From the human T2T-CHM13v2.0 reference genome, Homo sapiens: a stretch of DNA of 64,000 nt. Positions 43,601-58,570 of this stretch are shown one piece after another. The position numbers were made by a program, and so were the translations under genes. Within the stretch, counting starts at the first letter, position 1, and the number at the start of each line of letters is the position of its first letter. The notes under the pieces are model-generated. The model made no database searches, was not told where the DNA came from, and worked only from the letters and a program-made list of their open reading frames with translations. The DNA is taken from assembly GCF_009914755.1 (NCBI RefSeq), contig NC_060933.1. One strand, given 5' to 3'.

Positions 43601-46600
43601 TCCGTTCCATTCCATTCCTTTCCGTTCCATTCCATTCCATTCCATTCCATTCCATTCCGTTCCGTTCCGTTCCATTCCATTCCATTCCATTCTATTTGGG
43701 TTAATTCCATTCCGTTCCATTCGATTGCAGTCGAGTTGATTCCATTCCATTCCATTCCATTCCATTCCATTCCATTCCATTCCTTTCCATTCCATTACGG
43801 ATGATTCCATTCCATTGCATTCCATTCCATTCCATTCCCCTGTACTCGGGTTGATTCCATTCCATTCCATTCCAATCCATGCCATTCCACTCGTGTTGAT
43901 TCCATTCTTTCCATTCCATTCAAGTTGAACCCATTCCATTGCATTCCATTCCATTCCATTCCCCTGCAGTCGGGTTGATTCCATTCCATTCCATTCCATT
44001 CCATTCTATTCCATTCCATTCCATTCCGTTCCATTCCATTTAATTCCATTCCATTCTATTCGGGTTAATTCCATTCCATTCCATTCCATTCCATTCCATT
44101 CCATTGCAATCAGTTGATTCTATTGCATTCCATTCCATTCCATTCCATTCCATTCCATTCCATTCCATTCCGTTCCGTTCCGTTCCGTTCCATTCCATTC
44201 CATTCCATTCCATTCTATTCGGGTTAATTCCATTCCATTCCATTCGATTGCAATAGAGTTGATTCCATTCCATTCCATTCCTTTCCATTCCTTTCCATTA
44301 CATTACGGATGATTCCATTCCATTTCATTCTATTCCATTCCATTCCCCTGTACTCGGGTTGACTCCATTCCATTCCATTCCAATCCATGCCATTCCACTC
44401 GTGTTGATTCCATTCTTTCCATTCCATTCAAGTTGAATCCATTCCATTGCATTCCATTCCATTCGATTCCATTCGATTGCACTCGGGTTGATTCCATGGC
44501 ATTGCATTCCATTCCACTCCATTCCATTCCATTCCATTCCTTTCCATTCCATTCCCTTCGGATTCATTCTATTCAATTCCCTTACACTCCATTACATTCC
44601 ATTCGATTCGTGTAGTTTCCATTCCATTCCATTCCATTCCTCTCCATTCCATTGCACTCGGGTTGATTCCATTCCATTCCATTCCATTCCATTCCATTCC
44701 ATTCCATTCCATTCCATTCCATTCCGGATGATTCCATTCCATTGAATTCCATTCCATTGCATTCCCCTGCACTTGGGTTGATTCCATTCCATTCCATTCC
44801 ATTCCTTTCTGTTCCATTCAATTCCATTCCATTCCATTATATTCGTGTTAATTCCATTCCATTCTATTCCATTCCATTTCCATTGAAATCGAGTTGATTC
44901 CATTCCATTCCATTCCATTCCATTCCATTCCATTCCGGATGATTCCATTCCATTGCATTCCATTCCATTCCATTCCCCTGCACTCGGGTTGATTCCATTC
45001 CATTCCGTTCCATTTCATTCTATTCGGGTTAATTCCATTCCATTCCATTACACTCCATTCCAGTCCTTTCCATTCCATTCCACTCGGGTTGATTCCATTC
45101 TATTCCTTTCAATTCCATTCCATTCCATTGCAATCGAGTTGATTCCATTCGAGTTGAATCCATTCCATTCCATTCCATTCCATTCCATTGCACACGGGTT
45201 CATTCCATTCCATTCCATTCCATTCCATTCTATTCCATTTCATTGCATTCCATTCTATTCCGTACCATTCCATTCCATCCCATTCCATTCCGTTCCATTC
45301 CATGCCATTACACTCTGGTTGATTCCATTCCTTTCCATTCCATTCTTGTTGAATCCATTCCATTCCATTCCATTCCATTCGAATCCATTCCATTGCACTC
45401 GGGTTGATTCCATTCCATTCCATTCCATTCCATTTCATTCCATTCCATTCCATTACATTCGGATTGATTCTATTCAATTCCCTTACACTCCATTACATTC
45501 CATTCCATTCGGGATGTTTCAATTCCATTCCATTCCATTCCACTCCATTCCATTGCATCAGGTTGATTGCATTCCATTCCATTCCATTCCATTCCGGATG
45601 ATTCCATTCCATTGCATTCCATTCCATTCCATTCCCCTGCACTCGGGTTGATTCCATTCCATTCCATTCCATTCCATTCCATTTCATTCCGTTCCATTCC
45701 ATTCCATTCCATTCTATTCCGGTTAATTCCACTCCATTCCATTCGATTCCATTCCATTCCATTCCATTCCATTGCAATCGAGTTGATTCCATTCCATTCC
45801 ATTCCATTCCGTTCCGGATGATTCCATTCCATTCCATTCCATTCCATTCCATTCCATTCCCCTGCAGTCGGGTTGATTCCATTCCATTCCATTCCATTCC
45901 ATTCCATTCCATTCCATTCCATTCCATTCCATTACAATCGAGTTGATTCCATTCCATTCCATTCCATTCCATTCCACTCCATTCCAGTCCTTTCCATTCC
46001 ATTACACTCGGGTTGATTCCATTCTATTCCTTTCCATTCCATTCCATTCCATTGCAATCGAGTTGATTCCATTGCTTTGCATTCCATTCCATTCCATTCC
46101 ATTCCGGATGATTCCATTCCATTGCATTCCATTCCATTCCATTCCCCTGCACTCGGGTTGATTCCATTCCATTCCACTCCATTCCGTTCCATTCCATTCC
46201 ATTCCATTGTATTCGGGTTAATTCCATTCCATTCCATTCCATTCCATTCCATTCCATTCCATTGCATTACAATCGAGTTGATTCCGTTCCATTCCATTCC
46301 ATTCCATTCCATTGCAGTCCTTTCCATTCCATTCGACTCGGGTTGATTCCATTCTATTAGTTTCCATTCCATTCCTTCCCCTTCCATTCCACTCTGGTTG
46401 ATTCCATTCCTTTCCATTCCACTCGAAAACATTCCATCCTATTCCACTCGGAACGATTGCATTCCATTCCATTCCATTCCATTCCATTCCATTCCATTCC
46501 AATCCAGTTCGTTCCATTCCATTCTATTCCGTACCATTCCATTCCATTCCATTCCTTTCCATTCCATTCCTTTCCACTCTTGTTGATTCCATTCCTTTCC

Positions 46601-49600
46601 ATTCCATTCGGTTTGAAGGTATTCCATTCCATTCAATTCCATTCCATTCAATTCCATTCCATTCCATTCCATTCCATTCCATTGCAATGGGGTTGATTCC
46701 ATTCCATTCCATTCCATTCCGGATGATTCCATTCCATTGCATTCCATTCCATTCCATTCCCCTGCACTCGTGTTGATTCCATTCCCTTCCATTCCATTCC
46801 ATTCCGTTCCATTCCATTCCATTCCATTCTATTCCGGTTAATTCCATTCCATTCCATTCCATTCCATTGCAATCGAGTTGATGCCATTCCATTCCATTCC
46901 ATTCCATTCCATTCCATTCCATTACAATCGAGTTCATTCCATTCCATTCCATTCCATTCCATTCCATTCCATTCCAGTCCTTTCCATTCCATTCCACTCA
47001 GGTTGATTCCATTCTATTAGTTTCCATTCCATTCCATTCCCTTCCATTCCACTCTGGTTGATTCCATTCCTTTCCATTCCACTCCAATACATTCCCTCCT
47101 ATTCCACTCGGAACGATTCCATTCCATTCCTTTCCATTCCATTCCATTCCATTCCATTCCATTCCATTTCGTTCCATTCCATTCTATTCCGTATCATTCC
47201 ATTCCATTCCATTCCATTCCATTCCATTCCATTCCATTCCACTCGTGTTGATTCCATTCCTTTCCATTCCATTCGGTTTGAAGGCATTCCATTCCATTCC
47301 ATTCCATTCCATTCCATTCCATTCCATTCCATTCCATTCCATTGTACTCTGGTTGATTGCATTCCATTGCATTCCATTCCATTCCATTCCGTTGCATTCC
47401 ATTCCATTACATTCGGATTGATTCTATTCAACTCCCTTACATTCCATTACATTCCATTCCATTCGTGTTGTTCCATTCCATTCCATTCCATTCCACTCCA
47501 TTCCATTGCACTCGGGTTGATTTCATTCCATTCCATTCCATTCCATTCCATTCCATTCCGGATGATTCCATTCCATTGCATTCCGTTCCATTACATTCCC
47601 CTGCACTCGAGTTGATTCCATTCCATTCCACTCAATTCCATTCCATTACAATTCGTTACATTCCATTCTATTCCGTACCATTCCATTCCATTCCATACCA
47701 TTCCATTCCATTCCATTCCATTCCATTCCGTTCCATTCCGTTCCATTGCATTCCATTCCATTCTATTCGTGTTCATTCCATTCCATTCCATTCCATTCCA
47801 TTCCATTCTATTCCATTCCATTTCAATCGAGTTGAATCCATTGCGTTTCATTCCATTCCATTCCATTCCATTCCATTCCGGAAGATTCCATTCCATTGCA
47901 TTCCATTCCATTCCATTCCCCTGCACTCGCGTTGATTCCATTCCATTCCATTCCATTCCGTTCCGTTCCGTTCCATTCCATTCCATTCCATTCCATTCCA
48001 TTCCGTTCCTTTCCATTCCATTCCATTCCATTCTATTCGGGTTAATTCCATTGCATTCCATTCGATTGCAATCGAGTTGATTCCATTCCATTGCATTCCA
48101 TTCCATTCGATTCCATTCGATTGCACTCGGGTTGATTCCATTCCATTGCATTGCATTCCATTCCATTCCATTCCGTTCCATTCCTTTCCATTACATTCGG
48201 ATTGATTCTATTCAATTCCCTTACACTCCATTACATTCCATTTCATTCGGGTAGTTTCCACTCCATTCCATTCCATTTCTCTCCATTCCATTGCACTCGG
48301 GTTGATTCCATTCCATTGCATTCCATTCCATTCGGGTAGTTTCCACTCCATTCCATTCCATTCCTCTCCATTCCATTGCACTCGGGTTGATTCCATTCCA
48401 TTGCATTCCATTCCATTCCATTCAATTCCATTCCGTTCCATTCCATTCCATTACATTCGGATTGATTCTATTCAACTCCCTTACTCTCCATTACATTCCA
48501 TTCCATTCGGGTTGTTCCATTCCATTCCATTCCATTCCACTCCATTCCATTGCACTCGGGTTGATTCCATTCCATTCCATTCCATTCCATTCCATTCCGG
48601 ATGATTCCATTCCATTGCATTCCATTCCATTACATTCCCCTGCACTCGCGTTGATTCCATTGCATTCCATTCCATTCCATTCAATTCCATTCCATTACAT
48701 TTCGTTCCATTCCATTCTATTCCGTACCATTCCATTCCATTCCATACCATTCCATTCCATTCCATTCCATTCCGTTCCGTTCCATTCCATTCCATTCCAT
48801 TCCATTCCATTCCGTTCCGTTCCATTCCATTCCATTCCATTCTATTCGGGTTAATTCCATTCCATTCCATTCGATTGCAATCGTGTTGATTCCATTCCAT
48901 TCCATTACATTCCATTCCATTTCATTCCATTCCTTTCCATTCCATTACGGATGATTCCATTTCATTGCATTCCATTCCATTCCATTCCCCTGTACTCGGG
49001 TTGATTCCATTCCATTGCATTACAATCCATGCCCTTCCACTCGTGTTGAGTCCATTCATTCCATTCCATTCAAGTTGAATCCATTCCATTGCATTCCATT
49101 CCATTCGATTGCATTTGGGTTAATTCCATTCCATTGCATTCCATTCCATTCCATTCCATTCCATTGCATTCCATTCCATTCCGTTCCATTCCATTCCATT
49201 ACATTCGGATTGATTCTATTCAATTCCCTTACAGTCCATTACATTCCATTCCATTCGGGTAGTTTCCATTCCATTCCATTCCATTCCTCTCCATTCCATT
49301 GCACTCAGGTTGATTCCATTCCATTGCATTCCATTCCATTCCATTCAATTCCATTCCGTTCCATTCCATTCCATTATATTCGGATTGATTCTATTCAACT
49401 CCCTTACTCTCCATTACATTCCATTCCATTCGGGTTGTTCCATTCCATTCCATTCCATTCCACTCCATTCCATTGCACTCGGGTTTATTCAATTCCACTC
49501 CATTCCATTCCATTACATTCCATTCCATTCCGGAAGTTTCCATTCCATTGTATTCCATTCCATTCCATTCCCCTGCACTCGCGTTGATTCCATTCCATTC

Positions 49601-52600
49601 CATTCCATTCCATTCCATTCCATTCCTATCCGTTCCATTCCATTCCATTCCATTCCATTCCGTTCCGTTCCATTCCATTCCATTCCATTCCATTCTATTC
49701 GGGTTAATTCCATTCCATTCCATTCAATTTCAATCGAGCTGATTCCATTCCATTCCATTCCATTCCATTCCATTCCTTTCCATTACATTACGGGTGATTC
49801 CATTCCATTTCATTCCATTCCATTCCATTCCCCTGTACTCGGGTTGATTCTATTCCATTCCATTCCAATCCATGCCATTCCACTCGTGTTGATTCCATTC
49901 TTTCCATTCCATTCAAGTTGAATCCATTCCATTGCATTCCATTCCATTCGATTCCATTCGATTGCACTCGGGTTGATTCCATGGCATTGCATTCCATTCC
50001 ATTCCATTCCATTCCATTCCTTTCCATTCCATTCCATTCCATTCCATTCGGATGCATTCTATTCAATTCCCTTACACTCCATTACATTCCATTCCATTCG
50101 TGTAGTTTCCATTCCATTCCATTCCATTCCTCTCCGTTCCATTGCACTCGGCTTGATTCCATTCCATTGCATTCCATTCCATTCCATTCCATTCCATTCC
50201 GGATGATTCCATTCCATGGAATTCCATTCCATTCCATTCCCCTGCACTTGGGTTGATTCCATTCCATTCCATTCCATTCCTTTCTGTTCCATTCCATTCC
50301 ATTCCATTCCATTCCATTCCATTCCATTCTATTCGTGTTAATTCCGTTCCATTCTATTCCATTCCATTCCATTGAAATCGAGTTGATTCCATTCCATTCA
50401 ATACCATTCCATTCCATTCCATTCCATTCCATTCGGGATGATTCCATTCCATTGCATTCCATTCCATTCCATTCCCCTGCACTAGGGTTGATTCTATTCC
50501 ATTCCATTCCATTACATTCCATTCCGTTCCGTTCCATTTCATTCTATTCGGGTTAATTCCATTCCATTCCATTCCACTCCATTCCAGTCCTTTCCATTCC
50601 ATTCCACTCGGGTTGATTCCATTCTATTCTTTTCAATTCCATTCCATTCCATTCCATTGCAATCGAGTGGATTCCATTCGAGTTGAATCCATTCCATTCC
50701 ATTCCATTCCATTCCATTGCACACGGGTTCATTCCATTCCATTCCATTCCATTCCATTCCATTCCATTCTATTCCGTACCATTCCATTCCATCCCATTCG
50801 ATTCCGTTCCATTCCATGCCATTACACTCGGGTTGATTCCATTCCTTTCCATTCCATTCTTGTTGAATCCATTGCATTCCTTTCCATTCCAATCGAATCC
50901 ATTCCATTGCATTCGGGTTGATTCCATTCCATTCCATTCCATTCCATTTCATTGCATTCCATTCCGTTACATTCGGATTGTTTCTATTGAATTCCCTTAC
51001 ACTCCATTACATTCCATTCCATTCGGATGTTTCCATTCCATTCCATTCCATTCCATTCCATTCCATTCCGTTCCGTTCCATTCCATTCCATTCCATTCTA
51101 TTCGGGTTAATTCCATTCCATTCCATTTGATTGCCATCGAGTTGATTCCATTCCATTCCATTCCATTCCATTCCATTCCATTCCATTCCATTCCTTTCCA
51201 TTACATTACGGGTGATTCCATTCCATTTCATTCCATTCCATTCCATTCCATTCCCTTCCTTTCCGTTCCATTCCATTCCATTCCATTCCATTCCATTCCG
51301 TTCCGTTCCATTCCATTCCATTCCATTCTATTCGGGTTAATTCCATTCCATTCCATTCGATTGCAATCGAGTTGATTCCATTCCATTCCATTCCATTCCA
51401 TTCCATTCCATTCCAATCGAGTTGATTCCATTCCATTCCATTCCATTCCAGTCCTTTCCGTTCCATTCCTCTCGGGTTGATTCCATTCTATTAGTTTCCA
51501 TTCCATTCCATTCCCTTCCATTCCACTCTGGTTGATTCCACACTTTTCCATTCCACTCGAATACATTCCCTCCTATTCCACTCGGAACGATTCCATTCCA
51601 TTCCATTCCATTCCATTCCATTCCATTCCATTTCCTTCCATTCCATTCTATTCCGTATCATTCCATTCCATTCCATTCCATTCCATTCCTTTCCATTCCA
51701 TTACGGATGATTCCATTCCATTGCATTCCATTCCATTCCATTCCCCTGTACTCGGGTTGATTCCATTCCATTCCATTCCAATCCATGCCATTCCACTCGT
51801 GTTGATTCCATTCTTTCCATTCCATTCAAGTTGAATCCATTCCATTGCGTTGCATTCCATTCGATTCCATTCGATTGCACTCGGGTTGATTCCATTCCAT
51901 TGCATTCCATTCCATTCCATTCCATTCCATTCCATTCCGTTCCATTCCATTTCATTACATTCAGATTGATTCTATTCAATTCCCTTACACTCCATTGTAT
52001 TCCAATCCATTCTGGTTGTCTCCATTCCATTCCATTCCATTTCACTCCATTCCATTGCACTCGGGTTGATTCCATTCCATTCCATTCCATTGCATTCCAT
52101 TCCATTCCGTTCCGGATGATTCCATTCCATTGCATTCCATTCCATTCCATTCCCCTGCACTCGGGTTGATTCCATTCCATTCCATTCCATTACATTCCGT
52201 TCCATTCCATTCCATTCCATTCGGATTGATTCTATTCAATTCCCTTACACTCCATTACGTTCCATTCCATTCGGGTAGTTTCCATTCCATTCCATTCCAT
52301 TCCTCTCCATTCCATTGCACTCGGGTTGATTCCATTCCATTCCATTCCATTCCATTCGATTACATTACATTCCATTCTATTCCGTTCCATTGTACTCGGG
52401 TTGATTCCATTCCATTGCATTCCATTCCATTCCATTCCATTCCATTCCATTCCATTCCGTTCCATTCCATTACATTCGGATTGATTCTATTCAACTCCCT
52501 TACTCTCCATTACATTCCATTCCATTCGGGTTGTTCCATTCCATTCCATTCCATTTCCCTCCATTCCATTGTGCTCGGTTTGATTCCATTCCATTCCATT

Positions 52601-55600
52601 CCATTCCATTCCATTCCATTCCATTCCGGAAGATTCCATTCCATTGCATTCCATTCCATTCCATTGCCCTGCACTCGCGTTGATTCCATTCCATTCCATT
52701 CTATTCCATTCCATTCCCTTCCTTTCCGTTCCATTCCATTCCATTCCATTCCATTCCATTCTGTTCCGTTCCATTCCATTCCATTCCATTCTATTCGGGT
52801 TAATTCCATTCCATTCCATTCGATTGCAATCGAGTTGATTCCATTCCACTCTATTCCATTCCATTCCATTCCATTCCATTCCTTTCCATTCCATTCCATT
52901 ACGGATGATTCCATTCCATTGCATTCCATTCCATTCCATTCCCCTGTACTCGGCTTAATTCCATTCCATTCCATTCGATTGCAATCGAGTTGATTCCATT
53001 CCACTCTATTCCATTCCATTCCATTCCGTTCCATTCCATTCCATTCCATTCCACTCGTGTTGATTCCATTCCTTTCCTTTCCATTCGGTTTGAAGGCATT
53101 CCAATCCATTCAAATCCATTCCATTCCATTCCATTCCATTCCATTCCATTCCATTCCATTCCATTGTACTCGGGTTGATTCCATTCCATTGCATTCCATT
53201 CCATTCCATTCCATTCCATTCCGTTGCATTCCATTCCATTACATTCGGATTGATTCTATTCAACTCCCTTACTCTCCATTACATTACATTCCATTCGGGT
53301 TGTTCCATTCCATTCCATTCCATTCCACTCCATTCCATTGCACTCGGGTTGATTCCATTCCATTCCATTCCATTCCATTCCGGATGATTCCATTCCATTG
53401 CATTCCGTTCCATTACATTCCCCTGCAGTCGCGTTGATTCCATTCCATTCCATTCCATTCCATTCCGTTCCGTTCCATTCCATTCCATTCCATTCCATTC
53501 CATTCCGTTCCATTCCATTCCATTCCATTCCATTCCATTCCATTCCATTCCGTTCCATTCCGTTCCATTCCATTCCATTCCATTCTATTCGGGTTAATTC
53601 CATTCCATTCCATTCCATTCCATTCCATTCCATTCCATTCCATTCCGTTCCGTTCCATTCCATTCCATTCCATTCTATTTGGGTAATTCCATTCCATTCC
53701 ATTCGATTGCAATCGAGTTGATTCCATTCCATTCCATTCCATTCCATTCCATTCCATTCCATTCCATTCCTTTCCATTCCATTACGGATGATTCCATTCC
53801 ATTGCATTCCATTCCATTCCACTCCCCTGTACTCGGGTTGATTCCATTCCATTCCATTCCAATCCATGCCATTCCACTCGTGTTGATTCCATTCTTTCCA
53901 TTCCATTCAAGTTGAATCCATTCTATTGCATTGCATTCCTTTCGATTCCATTCGATTGCACTCTTGTTGATTCCATTCCATTCCATTCCATTCCATTCCA
54001 TTCCATTCCATTCCGTTCCATTCCATTCCATTACATTCAGATTGATTCTATTCAATTCCCTTACACTCCATTACATTCCATTCCATTCGGGTATTTTCCA
54101 TTCCATTCCATTCCATTCCTCTCCATTGCATTGCACTCGGGTTGATTCCATTCCATTGCATTCCATTCCATTCCTTTCAATTCCATTCTGTTCCATTCCA
54201 TTCCATTACATTCGGAATGATTCTATTCAACTCCCTTACACTCCATTACATTCCATTCCATTCGGGTTGTTCCATTCCATTCCATTCCATTCCACTCCAT
54301 TCCATTGCACTCGGGTTGATTCCATTCCATTCCATTCCATTCCATTCCGGAAGATTCCATTCCATTGCATTCCATTACATTCCATTCCCCTGCACTCGCG
54401 TTGATTCCATTCCATTCCATTCCATTCCATTCCATTCCGTTCCTTTCCGTTCCATTCCATTCCATTGCATTCCATTCCATTCCGTTCCGTTCCGTTCCGT
54501 TCCATTCCATTCCATTCCATTCTATTCGGGTTAATTCCATTCCATTCCATTCGATTGCAATCGAGTTGATTCCACTCCATTCCATTCCATTCCATTCCAT
54601 TCCTTTCCATTCCATTATGGATGATTCCATTCCATTGCATTCCATTCCATTCCATTCCCCTGTACTCGGGTTCATTCCATTCCATTCCATTCCAATCCAT
54701 GCCATTCCACTCGTGTTGATTCCATTCTTTCCATTCCATTCAAGTTGAATCCATTCCATTGCCTTCCATTCCATTCCATTCCCCTGCAGTCGGGTTGATT
54801 CCATTCCATTCCATTCCATTCCATTCCATTCCGTTCCATTCCATTCCATTTCATTCCGTTCCGTTCCATTTAATTCCATTCCATTCTATTCGGGTTAATT
54901 CCATTCCATTCCATTCCATTCCATTCCATTCCAATCGAGTTGATTCCATTCCATTCCATTCCATTCCATTCCACTCCATTCCATTCCTTTCCATTCCATT
55001 CCACTCGGGTTGATTCCAATGTATTCCTTTCCAGTCCATTCCATTCCATTGCAATCGAGTTGATTCCATTGCTTTGCATTCCATTCCATTCCATTCCATT
55101 CCGGATGATTCCATTCCATTGCATTCCATTCCATTCCATTCCCCTGCACTCGGGTTGATTCCATTCCATTCCACTCCATTCCGTTCCATTCCATTCCATT
55201 CCATTGTATTTGGGTTAATTCCATTCCATTCCATTCCATTCCATTGCATTCCATTCCATTCCATTACAATCGAGTTGATTCCATTCCATTCCATTCCATT
55301 CCATTCCATTCCATTCCAGTCCTTTCCATTCCATTCCACTCGGGTTGATTCCATTCTATTAGTTTCCATTCCATTCCATTCCCTTCCATTCCACTCTGGT
55401 TGATTCCATTCCTTTCCAATCCACTCGAATACTTTCCCTCCTATTCCACTCGGAACGATTCCATTCCATTCCATTCCATTCCATTCCATTCCATTCCATT
55501 CCATTCCATTCCATTCCATTCCATTCCATTTCTTTCCATTCCATTCTATTCCATACCATTCCATTCCATTCGATTGCATTCCATTCCATTCCATTCCATT

Positions 55601-57379
55601 CCACTCGTGTTGATTCCATTCCTTTCCATTCCATTCGGTTTGAAGCCATTCCATTCCATTCCATTCCATTCCATTCCATTCCATTCCATTGTACTCGGGT
55701 TGATTCCATTCCATTGCATTCCATTCAATTCCATTCCATTCCGTTGCATTCCATTCCATTACATTCGGATTGATTCTATTCAACTCCCTTACTCTCCATT
55801 ACATTCCATTCCATTCGGGTTGTTCCATTCCATTCCATTCCATTCCACTGCATTCCATTGCACTCGGGTTGATTCCATTCCATTCCATTCCATTCCATTC
55901 CATTGCGGATAATTCCATTCCATTACATTCTGTTCCATTACATTCCCCTGCACTCGCGTTGATTCCATTCCATTCCATTCCATTCCCCACCATTCCATTC
56001 CATTCCATTCCATTCCATTCCATTCCTTTCCGTTCCATTCCGTTCCATTCCATTCCATTCTATTCGGGTTAATTCCATTCCATTGCATTCCATTCCATTC
56101 TATTCCATTCCATTGCAATCGAGTTGAATCCATTGCATTCCATTCCATTCCATTCCATTCCGGAAGATTCCATTCCATTGCATTCCATTACATTCCATTC
56201 CCCTGCACTCGCGTTGATTCCATTCCATTCCATTCCATTCGGATTCATTCTATTCAATTCCCTTACACTCCATTACATTCCATTCGATTCGTGTAGTTTC
56301 CGTTCCATTCCATTTCATTCCTCTCCATTCCATTGCACTCGGGTTGATTCCATTCCATTCCATTCCATTCCATTCCATTCCATTCCGGATGATTCCATTC
56401 CATTGAATCCCATTCCATTCCATTCCCCTGCACTTGGGTTGATTCCATTCCATTCCATTCCATTCCTTTCTGTTCCATTCAATTCCATTCCATTCCATTC
56501 TATTCGTGTTAATTCCATTCCATTCTATTCCATTCCATTCCATTGAAATCGAGTTGATTCTATTCCATTCCATTCCATTCCATTCCATTCCATTCCATTC
56601 CATTCCATTCCGGATGATTCTATTCCATTGCATTCCATTCCATTCCATTCCCCTGTACTCGGGTTGATTCCATTCCATTCCATTCCAATCCATGCCATTC
56701 CACTCGTGTTGATTCCATTCTTTCCATTCCATTCAAGTTGAATCCATTCCTTTGCATTCCATTCCATTCGATTCCATTCGATTGCACTCGGGTTGATGCC
56801 ATTCCATTGCATTCCATTCCATTCCATTCCATTCCATTCCGTTCCATTCCATTCCATTACATTCGGATTGATTCTATTCAATTCCCTTACACTCCATTAC
56901 ATTCCATTCCATTCGGGTAGTTTCCATTCCATTCCATTACATTCCTCTCCATTCCATTGCACTCGGGTTGATTCCATTCCATTGCATTCCATCCCATTCC
57001 ATTCAATTCCATTCCGTTCCATTCCATTCCATTATATTCGGATTGATTCTATTCAACTCCCTTACTCTCCATTACATTCCATTCCATTCGGGTTGTTCCA
57101 TTCCATTCCATTCCATTCCACTCCATTCCAATGCACTCGGGTTTATTCCATTCCATTCCATTCCATTCCATTCCATTCCATTGCATTCCATTCCGGAAGA
57201 TTCCATTCCATTGCATTCCATTCCATTCCATTCCCCTGCACTCGCGTTGATTCCATTCCATTCCATTCCACTCCATTCCATTCCATTCCATTCCTTTCCG
57301 TTCCATTCCATTCCATTCCATTCCATTCCATTCCATTCCGTTCCGTTCCGTTCCATTCCATTCCATTCCATTCTATTCG

Positions 57380-58570
57380 GGTTAATTCCACTCCATTCCA
57401 TTCGATTGCAATCGAGTTGATTCCATTCCATTCCATTCCATTCCATTCCATTCCATTCCATTCCTTTCCATTCCATTACGGATGATTCCATTCCATTGCA
57501 TTCCATTAAATTCCATTCCCCTGTACTCGGGTTGATTCCATTCCATTCCATTCCAATCCATGCCATTCCACTCCTGTTGATTCCATTCTTTCCATTCCAT
57601 TCAAGTTGAATCCATTCCATTGCATTGCATTCGATTCGATTCCATTCGATTGCACTCGGGTTGATTGCATTCCATTCTATTCCATTCCATTCCATTCCAT
57701 TCCATTCCGTTCCATTGCATTCCATTACATTCTGATTGATTCTATTCAATTCCCTTATACTGCATTACATTCCATTCCATTCGGGTAGTTTCCATTCCAT
57801 TCCATTCCATTCCTCTCCATTCCATTGCACTCGGGTTGATTCCATTCCATTGCATTCCATTCCATTCCATTCCATTCCATTCCATTCCATTTCATTCCAT
57901 TCCATTCCATTGCACACGGGTTCATTCCATTCCATTCCATTCCATTCCATTCCATTCCATTCCATTCCATTCCATTTCATTCCATTCCATTATATTCCAT
58001 ACCATTCCATTCCATCCCATTCCATTCCGTTCCATTCCATGCCATTACACTCGGGTTGATTCCATTCCTTTCCATTCCATTCTTGTTGAATCCATTCCAT
58101 TCCATTCCATTCCATTCGAATCCATTCCATTGCACTCGGGTTGATTCCATTCCATTCCATTCCATTCCATTTCATTCCATTCCATTCCATTACATTCGGA
58201 TTGATTCTATTCAATTCCCTTACACTCCATTCCATTCCATTCCATTCGGGATGTTTCCATTGCATTCCATTCCATTCCACTCCATTCCATTGCATCAGGT
58301 TGATTGCATTCCATTCCATTCCATTCCATTCCGGATGATTCCATTCCATTGCATTCCATTCCATTCCATTCCCCTGCACTCGGGTTGATTCCATTCCATT
58401 GCATTCCATTCCATTCCATTCCATTCCATTCCGTTCCTTTCCATTCCATTCCATTCTATTCCGGTTAATTCCATTCCATTCCATTCGATTCCATTCCATT
58501 CCATTCCATTCCCCTGCACTCGCGTTGATTCCATTCTATTCCACTCTATTCCATTCCATTCCCTTCCTTT
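57380..58570 (+). repeat. Duplicated block, copy A (paralog of 62820-64000)
   Basis: Shared rare words at 5430-5440 offset: CTCCTGTTGATT 57571/63011, CCCTTATACTGC 57752/63192, GCACACGGGTTC 57912/63352, TATATTCCATACC 57991/63421, GCATCAGGTTGATTGC 58292/63722, CCACTCTATT 58541/63971. Confidence 0.88.

Noticed and set aside
50211-50227. Overlapping 12-bp palindromes ATTCCATGGAAT and ATGGAATTCCAT suggesting an inversion or hairpin
   Set aside because: A single T>G change from CCATTGAATTCC, seen in paralogs at ~40460 and ~44740, explains both. Strand orientation does not switch.
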